DNA of 63,438 nucleotides, the filler included, from Octopus bimaculoides (Eukaryota), in assembly GCF_001194135.2 (NCBI RefSeq). It is 6 parts of 4 records of this genome, joined end to end, with 100 filler letters (N's around TTAATTAATTAA, not from the genome) between each part and the next. Parts side by side here need not be neighbours in the genome. Positions count along the whole stretch, not along the records: positions 42,265 to 58,037 come from NC_068989.1; positions 58,138 to 63,438 come from NC_068982.1; 4 more parts are not named here. One strand, written 5' to 3'. The translations under genes were made by a program, and so were the position numbers. The notes beneath the pieces are model-generated. The model was not told where the DNA came from. It did not search any database and saw only the letters and a list, made by a program, of their open reading frames with translations. Below, piece after piece: positions 53,886 to 63,438 of the stretch (positions are counted from its first letter, which is position 1; each line of letters opens with the position of its first letter).

Positions 53886-54276
53886 AGGCGCAAGAGTGGC
53901 TGTGCGGTAAGTAGCTTGCTTACCAACCACATAGTTCCGAGTTCAGTCCCACTGCGTGACACCTTGGGCAAGTGTCTTCTACTATAGCCTCGGGCCGACC
54001 AAAGCCTTGTGAGCGGATTTGGTAGACGGAAACTGAAAGAAGCCCATCGTATATATGTATGTGTGTTTGTGTGTCTGTGGTTGTCCCCCACCATCGCTGA
54101 CAACCGATGCTGGTGTGTCTACGTCCCCCGTAACATAGCGGTTCGTCAAAAAGATATCGATAGAATAAGTACTAGGCTTACAAAGAATAAGTCCTGGCGT
54201 TGATTTGCTCGACTAAAGGGCGGTGCACCAGCATGACCACAGTCAAATGACTGAAACAAGTAAAAGAGTAAAAGAG
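53886..54276 (+). mobile_element. Family 1 SINE, best full-length copy
   Basis: tRNA-like head (ggcgcaagagtggctgtgcggtaag...gagttcagtccc), ccttgggcaagtgtcttc segment, short internal microsatellite, and 3' end gactgaaacaagtaaaagagtaaaagag. Confidence 0.88.
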
Positions 54277-54285
54277 TATATATAT

Positions 54286-54352
<67 letters not shown>

Positions 54353-55274
54353 GTGTGACAGAGATACTTAGTTGTCCGGTGTGTGGGTGTGTGTCTACAA
54401 ACACATATTTATAAATTTATTAAGCCTGACCAATGATACTTTTCCCTCTGCTGTTGGTTTCAAATTTTGGCAGAAAGCCACCAATTTCAGGAGAGTGTGT
54501 AGGTCGATCACATCAATCTCAGTACTCATTTGATACTTATTTTACCGATTCCGAAACGATGAAAGTCAAAGTTGACCTCGGCAAAGACAGATTAAGCATT
54601 TTGCCGGGCGCGCTAACGATTTTACCAGCTGGCCTCCTATTCCCCCCCCCCCTGATATTATCACTCAATTGTATCATTTTCTGTACCATTCTCTCTACCA
54701 TCTTTATTCTTTATTCGTTTCCTTCTTTCGTTTCTTCTTTATTTTTCTCTTCTTCTTCTTTTCCTTTTCTTATGACCCTCACTCCCTTCTTCCATATTTC
54801 TATTTTCTTCAGCACTTTAACTTTTTTTCTTCTCTTTTTGAAATTCCAGAAAGTTCTCGTTTCGGGATGTTTACATTCGGTCTTCGGTCCAGCATCAGCC
54901 TTTAAATTTACCGCCACCTTCCCTATATCTCTCACATCTTCCTTACTCTCTTGAGAATCTGGTACGGAAATGATGTTTGATGTACGATCCTGAAAGTGGG
55001 TGTGTAACACCTGTTGTTTGTTATTTAATAGAAGGAACCAAAGGGTGTATACACACTCATACACGCCCGCGCAGGCACACACACAAAAACACTCACACAG
55101 ATAGAGATACAGACAGACAAATAGACAGACACACACACATACACAAACACACACACTCGTAAAATTTAGGCATGTCAAGTTTATAATATATGAATGCGTG
55201 TATTTCTGTATGTATATCTTTATGTATCTCTTTCTTTCTTTAAATATGTCCCCTTCTGTATCTATCTATCTATC

Positions 55275-55349
<75 letters not shown>

Positions 55350-55374
55350 TTCTACCTCTCTCCTTCCCTCCCTC

Positions 55375-55575
55375 AAAATGTAGCCACATGTTGGCGATTC
55401 TTTTCCTCCGTCTTTCTTTTCTCTTGGACTTTCCGCTGTCTCCTGTTTCTGAAGAAGAGCTTTGCTCGAAACGTCAAACCAACTTTCTTTCCTTCCCTGA
55501 GCGTCAGCTAATACTTTACATGTACCATGTCCTCGCGTTGTTGTTTTTTCTTGTGTTTGTTCTTCGTTTTTGTGG
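55375..55575 (+). mobile_element. ~200-bp hammerhead-carrying element (PLE pseudo-LTR/retrozyme-like), copy A
   Basis: Colinear with the inverted copy at 55855-56055, flanked by (TCTA)n and (TA)n. Confidence 0.7.
55445..55479 (+). ncRNA. Minimal type I hammerhead ribozyme
   Basis: gttt-CTGAAGA-A-gagc(ttt)gctc-GAAA-C-GTC^aaac. Stem I gttt/aaac, stem II gagc/gctc, palindromic ACGT replacing helix III; predicted cut after 55475. Confidence 0.75.
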
Positions 55576-55854
55576 GGACTACTATTTTATATATATNNNN
55601 NNNNNNNNNNNNNNNNNNNNNNNNNNNNNNNNNNNNNNNNNNNNNNNNNNNNNNNNNNNNNNNNNNNNNNNNNNNNNNNNNNNNNNNNNNNNNNNNNNNN
55701 NNNNNNNNNNNNNNNNNNNNNNNNNNNNNNNNNNNNNNNNNNNNNNNNNNNNNNNNNNNNNNNNNNNNNNNNNNNNNNNNNNNNNNNNNNNNNNNNNNNN
55801 NNNNNNNNNNNNNNNNNNNNNNNNNNNNNNATATATATATATATATAAGTTAAA

Positions 55855-56055
55855 AAAAAAGAAAAACGACAAAAAATAACAAAAACAACAACGCCAGGAC
55901 GTGATACGGATTGTGCTACTGGACGCTCGGGAAAGGAAAGAAAGAGAATTTGACATTTCGAGCGAAGCTCTTCGTCAGAAATATAGGAAAGTCCAAAGAA
56001 GGGAAGACGGAGGAAGAAAAAATCGCCAACGATATCCACGAGGTTACATTGTGGA
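55855..56055 (-). mobile_element. ~200-bp hammerhead-carrying element, copy B (inverted)
   Basis: Reverse complement gttggcgatttttt..cctccgtctt..ggactttcc..ttctgacgaagagcttcgctcgaaatgtcaaa..gagcgtc..gcgttgttgttttt aligns with copy A. Confidence 0.7.
55948..55982 (-). ncRNA. Minimal type I hammerhead ribozyme
   Basis: attt-CTGACGA-A-gagc(ttc)gctc-GAAA-T-GTC^aaat. Stem I attt/aaat shows a compensatory change versus copy A; the palindrome is broken (ATGT). Confidence 0.7.
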
Positions 56056-56204
56056 ATATATATATATACGTTTGTGTGTATGTGTTTATGTGTGCGGTAT
56101 ATAGATATGTACACACGTATATAGAGATGTACACACACACACACAACACACAAACGCGAATCTCCTTTATATTTTCTCACTTTCCTTTCTGCATATCACT
56201 CTCT

Positions 56205-56470
56205 CTGTTTGTCTGTGTTCTTAAGCAAGACACTTTATTTCATGTTGCCCTAGGTCACTCAGCTGTAGAAATGAGTTGCGACATCATTGGTGCCAAGCTG
56301 TATCAGCCTTTGTCTTTCCCTTCGATAACATCAATGGCGTGGAGTGGGGAGGCTGGTATGCATGGGCGACTGATGGTCATCCATAAAACAACCTTGCCCG
56401 GACTTATGCCTTGCAAGGGATCTTTCTAAGTGCAATCCCATGGTCACTCATGTTCGAAGAGAACCTTTAC
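56205..56470 (+). mobile_element. SINE with CORE-like domain and a third tail type
   Basis: tgtgttcttaagcaagacacttt...cactcagctgtagaaatgag as in family 2, followed by a different 3' region (ggaggctggtatgcatgggcgactg...gaacctttacc). Confidence 0.65.
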
Positions 56471-57535
56471 CTTTTATAGTCGATTAAACAAACCCAAACA
56501 TCTAGGTGATACTTTATTTGCTTCGATCCCAGAAGCACGGAAAGTAAAACATGGTCTTAGCTACATTTGAACAAAACTTTTCTGGTGGGAATTTCAGAAT
56601 TGGTAGAGCTCCGAAGTAAATCTCAGGAGTTATTTCGATATGTGACTTTACGGACTAAGTTCCGATCCCACCATTTGTTTGGCATCTTGCATTTTACTTC
56701 TATGTGATGGTGAGCTGCCTATAAAACAGCTAATGATGATCTACTTGGATTCGTGCAATCTCGAATAAATAATCCGCAATAAAACTGCCACTAAAAATAG
56801 TATTTAATGTGTACAGAACAGAAAGCGGTTCTCCAGTATAGTCCTGATTGAGATGGCTAAACCAAGCTAAAGAAATTAGGAACTATGGAAGAGCGAACGT
56901 CATTAGAAAATTTTAAAACTTTCAGTATACTCATAAATAATTTTACGATATTAAACCAACTTCGCTAAATTCAAATTTTTTTAGCTTGACATTAAAAAAA
57001 GAAGTTCAATGTTAATTAGTCATTTGTTTTCTTATCCAAAACTACGTCAAAAGTACTGAACGGATCTTTATGAAATTTGGAAATTATATTCTATGTATAA
57101 CGGCCATAACTCCCATGAAAATTCATATATTTTTGATGTTGATGAAATTTTAACCCGAACATAACATATGAGCATTATTTGTAATTCAACGGTACAACAG
57201 TGTAAGACTACCCTTTCAGATATACTTTCATTGTGATTTCTGCAATGTGGTGCATAAATTGTCAAGTAAATGAGACGCATCTTTGCCTCCACTGATTCAC
57301 TTGCAAAGTGTTGAGTAAAATTATTTCGTTGCAGACCTCCTTTGGGTCTTTTTATTATCACTACGACACACATANNNNNNNNNNNNNNNNNNNNNNNNNN
57401 NNNNNNNNNNNNNNNNNNNNNNNNNNNNNNNNNNNNNNNNNNNNNNNNNNNNNNNNNNNNNNNNNNNNNNNNNNNNNNNNNNNNNNNNNNNNNNNNNNNN
57501 NNNNNNNNNNNNNNNNNNNNNNNNNNNNNNNNNNN

Positions 57536-57578
<43 letters not shown>

Positions 57579-57937
57579 GTAAAATTTTTAAAGAGGACAA
57601 CAAACGTTAAGGCAAGGCAAACATCTCAAGTAATACATTATTATTATTGGAAAAAAACTCCAAGTCTTACAACTGTTTCAGGGATCTCTCAGATTATGGG
57701 ATATTCTGTCATCGGAGACAAAATACGGAAAATGGGAAGGGCATAGATTAATGAAAAGGCAAGTTAGAGGACAAAAGTAAAAGAATAAGGAGATGAAGAG
57801 AGAGAAGGAAAAGAAGCATAAAAGTTCACGGTTCAACTTTCAGATTTTGTACTGTATATATATATAAGAGAGAGAGGTTATAGTAGTAGCCACTGTGATC
57901 GGGAAGCAAGCTTCTTACCACACAGCCAATTCTGCAC

Positions 57938-58004
<67 letters not shown>

Positions 58005-58331
58005 CCTTTATAAATGTAGGTATGTGTATGTGTATGTNNNNNNNNNNNNNNNNNNNNNNNNNNNNNNNNNNNNNNNNNNNNTTAATTAATTAANNNNNNN
58101 NNNNNNNNNNNNNNNNNNNNNNNNNNNNNNNNNNNNNTATATATATATATATATACACGCACACATGTTCACACACGAACATATACACATATGGCATATC
58201 ACTCACAAGCGAGCATAGCTTGGTAGTAAGTACCATGCTTTCACTAATTGTTTTAAGTACCTGTCTAGTTGCGAGCAGATATAGACACCATAATCACCCT
58301 CGACTCAGTGCAACATGGAAGTTGTGACAGC

Positions 58332-58381
<50 letters not shown>

Positions 58382-58568
58382 CCGGGGTCCAGGTAGGCAT
58401 TGGTTATCTGTACTTATTGACTATTCATCTATAAAGATTTTCAGGTTAGATATTTGGTTCTTTTGCATTTATAGTTTCACATTAACAACTCTCTTGTTAC
58501 TCGTCCATTTGATCCAGTGTTTACTCGTCACGGGAAAGAAGCTAGAAGGCTGTGTGCCGTCCACTTAC

Positions 58569-58583
58569 TTTCAAATCTCAAAG
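58569..58583 (-). other. Candidate 15-nt micro-exon (unverified)
   Basis: Minus strand reads cttcatttacgtcatAG|ctttgagatttgaaa|GTAAGT. Only phase 1 is open: xLRFEx. Confidence 0.2.
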
Positions 58584-59239
58584 CTATGACGTAAATGAAG
58601 ACGTTGTTCTAGTATATAATTTCATGAAATGTAGGTCACTGAGATCGTAAACGTTTCTTAAATTGTGAAACAAAAATATTAGCATGAAATTCAGTATACA
58701 TCAGCAGACTTAGAAATAAAACCGAAATTTAAAAACCTAACTACACCAACAAATTGTTAGCGTTATATTTAATAAGAAATTTCCTCGCTATCTCCTTATC
58801 ATATTTTTTCGGTTTATCATTTAAGTGTATATGCGCATGTTTATATTTAAGCATATATGAGCATGCATGAGAAGACATACATAAAACAAAACGTACAAAT
58901 CTGTACGTATACCAACACACACACATACATACATACATACATACATACATACATACATACATNNNNNNNNNNNNNNNNNNNNNNNNNNNNNNNNNNNNNN
59001 NNNNNNNNNNNNNNNNNNNNNNNNNNNNNNNNNNNNNNNNNNNNNNNNNNNNNNNNNNNNNNCGCACTCACATACACCCACGCACACACATGCACACACA
59101 TGCACACACACATATTTGTCCAGAGAGAGAGAGACATTGACAGTAAGGCATTCAGACAGAGAGGGATAGATAGATACATACTTGTATGTAAGAGAGTTTA
59201 TATACGTGTATATATGCATATATATGTGATAGGGAGAGG

Positions 59240-59563
59240 AGCACTCGGTCGGTTACAACGACGAGGGTCCCAGCTGACACGATCACCGGAACAGCCTGCT
59301 CGTGAAATTAATGTGCAAGTGGCTGAGCACTCCACGGACACGTGTACCCTTAACGTAGTTCTCGGGGAGATTCATCGTGACGCAGAGTGTGACAAGTCTG
59401 GCCCCTTTGAAATACAAGTCCAACTCGTTTTTGCCAGCTGAGTGGATTGGAGCAACGTGAAATAATGTGTCTTGCTCAAGGACACAACGCGTCGCCGGGA
59501 ATTGAACTCACGACCTTACGATCGTGAGTCGAATGGCCTAACCACTAAGCCACGCGCCTTCAC
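59240..59563 (-). mobile_element. Mosaic SINE: family 2 head + CORE-like domain joined to the family 4 tail
   Basis: 59420-59563 matches the reverse complement of 727-870, while 59240-59415 matches 47331-47500. Confidence 0.8.
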
Positions 59564-60085
59564 ATATATATATATATATGTATGTAATGTGTGCATGTAC
59601 ATAACTACAATATATGTATGTGTGAAAGTATGTATGTATGTGCGTATGTATGTGTGTATGTATGTGTGTGTATGTACGTATGTATGTGTGTTTGTAAGTA
59701 TGTATGCATGTGTGTATGTGTGTATATGTGTATGTATGTATGAGTGTATGTGTGTATGTATGTATGTGTGTGTATGTATGTATGTGTGTATGTGCGTGTA
59801 AGTATGTGTATGTGAGTACGTATGTATATATGTGTGTGTGTATGTATGCATGTATGTTCTTTTGTTTGTTCTCTTCTGTTTTTGATTATTTAAATTCTTC
59901 CTCGAGGAAGGAACTGGTTTCTAACCAAAGACACAAATTTCCATCGCTGGAATGTAGACAACAAAAACAATGTCACATTTTAAACCTGAGAAAAGTCTTG
60001 CAAATTTTTACCATTCCACTTACAGATTGCAGTCGTAACGTGCGAGTTGTTGATTTCTTTTTCTGAAGATCTAAGCTTATGTATG

Positions 60086-60116
<31 letters not shown>

Positions 60117-60199
60117 GCACGTGTGTATGTAGCAACCTAAAGGGGGCTCTCCACCGTTATCGACGATGAGTATTTAGAGTTTCTATCTACAGTCATCCC

Positions 60200-60660
60200 A
60201 ACTCCTTAACAGAGCTTACATTCATCAAGTCCATGCCGTGCAGCAAAGGAATATAAATAAAGTATTAACGAGGTGGTAGAGTACGAAGCAAATCAGACGT
60301 TATCGATCTATTGGTGATTGCGAATGGTTCAAAAGTAATTAATAGAACGGAGGCTATTTGTAAAATAAAACGTTTACAGTACATGTGGGTACAAAGTGAG
60401 TTGGGTGGTTCTTCGAATGAGTCGGCGGAGGAGGTAAAACAGAGGACCGAAGGAGAAGTGGTAAAATTGCTAGAATAAATGGGGAATGGTATGGAAAATG
60501 TGATACAGGTGAATCTGTAGTGTAGGACAAGATCCAAGAAATATGACAAATGGAGAAGCATGAAAAATATAATCTGACACGTAACCTGAGTATGAATTTC
60601 TTTTTCTAAGCCTATGGAGAAACGAGTTCTGGTTTTTGAATGCCGAACTGTTGTAATGCA
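60200..60660 (-). pseudogene. Possible decayed PLE C-terminal fragment
   Basis: FLHRLRKRNSY and LYSFAARHGLDE loosely resemble the PLE L..RGY and L.TL.P.GLN motifs. Many stops. Confidence 0.3.
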
Positions 60661-61345
60661 AAGAGATTATTCTTAGCTATTTATATAGGAAGATGCAACT
60701 TCAACCAGACTAAGCAATGTTATAAATGATGATAAATCTAGTTTTTAAATTGCAAATTCATTTTGAGAGCGTTTTTGTATTCCATTTCCATTCATGAGTA
60801 AAAGAAAAGGTGCGTTTGTCTTTTATCTTTTACTTGTCTCACTCATTAGACTGCGGCCATTTCGACTCCAGTAGATTTTCTTTTGAGCCCGGTACTTATC
60901 TTATCGGTCTCTTTCGCTGAACTGCTAAATTACGGGGGCGTACACATAACACCACCAAATGGGGGTAAGACGAACATGTGTGTGTGTGTGTGTGTGTGTG
61001 TGTCTGTCTGTCTGTCTGTCTGTGTGCTTGCGCCCAATGATCAAATGTGTTTGCTAAGCATATTCATCAGACTCATGTTAGGATGGCACGCCTGCAACTG
61101 TGATGGCGGTCATGTTGTGAGAAATTTAATGAATTTATTCATGAAATACCGTGTATTCTTGCCTTCACTTGTCATGAAAGTCACAAATTATGGGATTCGG
61201 AATTCTTTCATAATTTCCTAATTTGTAGACTAAGGCGATTACTTGATCGGGAACCTACATATACATACATGCACACATACATACATACATACACACACAC
61301 ATACATACACACATACGCATACAGTACATACATACATATACATAG

Positions 61346-61418
<73 letters not shown>

Positions 61419-61964
61419 GTATATACATGTATGATTGCGTGTTTAAGTTTGTGCTTGAATACATAACTATTGATCATAAGATAACTGAGAAACTTTGAAA
61501 CATGATTTCAGTAAATATGATAAATCTTTGTATATTTGCGATCTCGGAAACTTCACCGTCAACATTGCTAATGTTAACGGAATGAATATGGTGCGGCGAA
61601 ATTCCTCTCCCACTTTACAGGTTGCTAAACATTTCAACGCCAAACGAACAATATACGCTAAACTAAACTATAACTTAATTAAGATAAACGGTAACATATA
61701 AGCTATATGAAGATATCATTGTCATGTGTCCAATTGTACGAGCGCCACAGCAGTAGTCTTTTAAATTATGGGAGGTTTTTCCGCCATACTCTGAACACGC
61801 TAGACATTTCTATAAGTTAATATAACTGTTGAACTCTGAGCTGGGGGTGAGTTTTCTTTGGCAACTATCATACAGTTATTGGTAACACAAAATATATAAC
61901 AGTGCCCCATATATAATAGAATGTCAAATAAAACTCACAATAGCAGAAGAGATCAAAGCTTAGC

Positions 61965-62124
61965 AGGGCTGTATGGTAAGAAACTTGCTTCACAACCACA
62001 TGGTTCCAGGATCAGTTCCACTGTGTGTTACCTTGAGCAAGTCTTCTGCTATAGTGTCGGGTCGTCCAAAGCCTCGTGTGTGGATTAGGTTGATGGAAAC
62101 TAAAAGAAACTCGTCGTATATATG

Positions 62125-62168
<44 letters not shown>

Positions 62169-62340
62169 CGCGCGCGTGTCTTTGTGTCTGTGTTTGTCCC
62201 CTTCCACCGCTTGACAACCAGTGTTGGTGTGTTTACATCCCCGTAACTTAGCAGTTTAGCGGTATTTCGTCCGTCTTTACGTTCTGAGTTCAAATTCAGC
62301 CGAAGTCTACTTAGCCTTTCGTTCTTTCGGAAGCGATAAA
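61965..62340 (+). mobile_element. Family 1 SINE copy
   Basis: Head ggctgtatggtaagaaacttgcttcacaaccacatgg, internal (TG)n, and atccccgtaacttagcag. An inverted 3'-half fragment lies at 60830-60975. Confidence 0.75.
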
Positions 62341-62819
62341 ATAAATACCAATCGAACAGATGATCGATGTAACGGACTTACTCCTTCCCCGACATTGCTG
62401 GCCTCGTGTCGAAACCTGAAACCAATATGAGAAATCTGTTTGCTGTCAACCAATGGCAAGATTCGAACCATCGATTTCTCTGTTAGTGGTGGCTGTCCGA
62501 TCCTTTACCAAGTCGGCTGCCTACAACCTCATTAGTCATACACTGTAGATCATAATCCGTGAGGCCAGCAACATTAACTAATTAAAACTGCTGCTAATCA
62601 CCCCAATCAGCAATCTCATCTACTATTGCAAGAGTAATTAAAAGCCATAGTATTTCTAAAGGCGATGCTGCCAATATTTAATGACGTAACTCGAAATAGC
62701 AACGACGGCGCTGCAGAGACAACGATGCCACCGATGCTGGCACCGCCGTTGTCCTCTCTGCACACGATGACGCTTTTATCGCAGACAGTCGGTGTGTGAT
62801 CCCCGCCTCCACCGTTGCC

Positions 62820-63335
62820 TTCAGCAAGAGAAACACCACCGCCACCACCGCCACCACAAACAACAACAACAGCATCAACACCACCACCACCCCCGCCACC
62901 AACATCAACACCACCACCGCCCACATCCTTACCTCCCCATCACCATCACCACCATCACAAATACAGCTATTGAGCAACCTCCAACGACGACCACCACCAC
63001 TGCCATCGCCACCAACACCGCCACACCACCATTACTGCTCCCACACCTCTCTAATATCCCCTCCCTCCCTCCTGCAATCCTCCTCCCCCCAACGCCGCCA
63101 TTCGAAACAGTAGCAGAGTCGGCAGCTCCTCCTGATTACTAGAATCATCCACCTCCACCACCACCACCACTAGAAACACTCACTATCACCACACCCACAA
63201 CTCCTGCTCCACCTCCTCATCCTCTTCCTCATCCTACCACTACCATCACTACGACGACGATGACCACTGCAAACATCTCTATAACTACTACTGCATCTAA
63301 CATCACTACTACTACTACTACTACTACTACTAATG

Positions 63336-63372
<37 letters not shown>
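62820..63372. repeat. Compound CAC/CAA/CAT/TAC/TAA low-complexity tract
   Basis: Direct read. Similar tracts occur at 35090-35225 and 35914-36005. Confidence 0.85.
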
Positions 63373-63375
<3 letters not shown>

Positions 63376-63438
63376 CGAGTAAACACTAACACCATCCTTA
63401 GCATACAAAATAAACACACCACCATGACTGTTGTCAAC

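Noticed and set aside
57040-57345. actgaacggatctttatgaaatttgg motif resembling Helitron/Helentron-derived MITEs
   Set aside because: A single short motif with no definable ends; insufficient to call.
62616-63417. His/Pro/Thr-rich ORFs (e.g. 62792-63142), and similar ones at 31541-32191 and 34225-36091
   Set aside because: Compound trinucleotide tracts are open in several frames on both strands, with no domain or splice support.

Overview
Repeat-saturated, gap-rich stretch of an AT-rich animal draft genome. The tRNA-derived SINE families and extreme microsatellite density suggest an octopus/coleoid cephalopod (inference). I find no confident host protein-coding gene: almost all long ORFs in the track are microsatellite or N-run artefacts, and only weak splice-site-defined micro-exon candidates remain. 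Supportable content: (i) a head-to-tail chain of at least four 5'-truncated R4/Dong-type RLE non-LTR retrotransposons joined by (TAA)n (3.9-8.4 kb); (ii) a decayed RTE LINE (9.4-11.6 kb); (iii) a TIR-complete Tc1/mariner element with DD36E spacing (19.4-20.6 kb); (iv) several Penelope-like element (PLE) fragments; (v) three type I hammerhead ribozyme motifs, two of them in an inverted pair of ~200-bp elements (55.4-56.1 kb) and one at 18.6 kb; (vi) a Helitron relic, a hAT-like MITE, a fold-back MITE, a candidate solo LTR and about 20 SINE copies from module-sharing families. The most interesting leads are the hammerhead-bearing elements, the DD36E transposon and the TAA-targeting retrotransposon chain. 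No CRISPR array, rRNA or true tRNA gene was seen.
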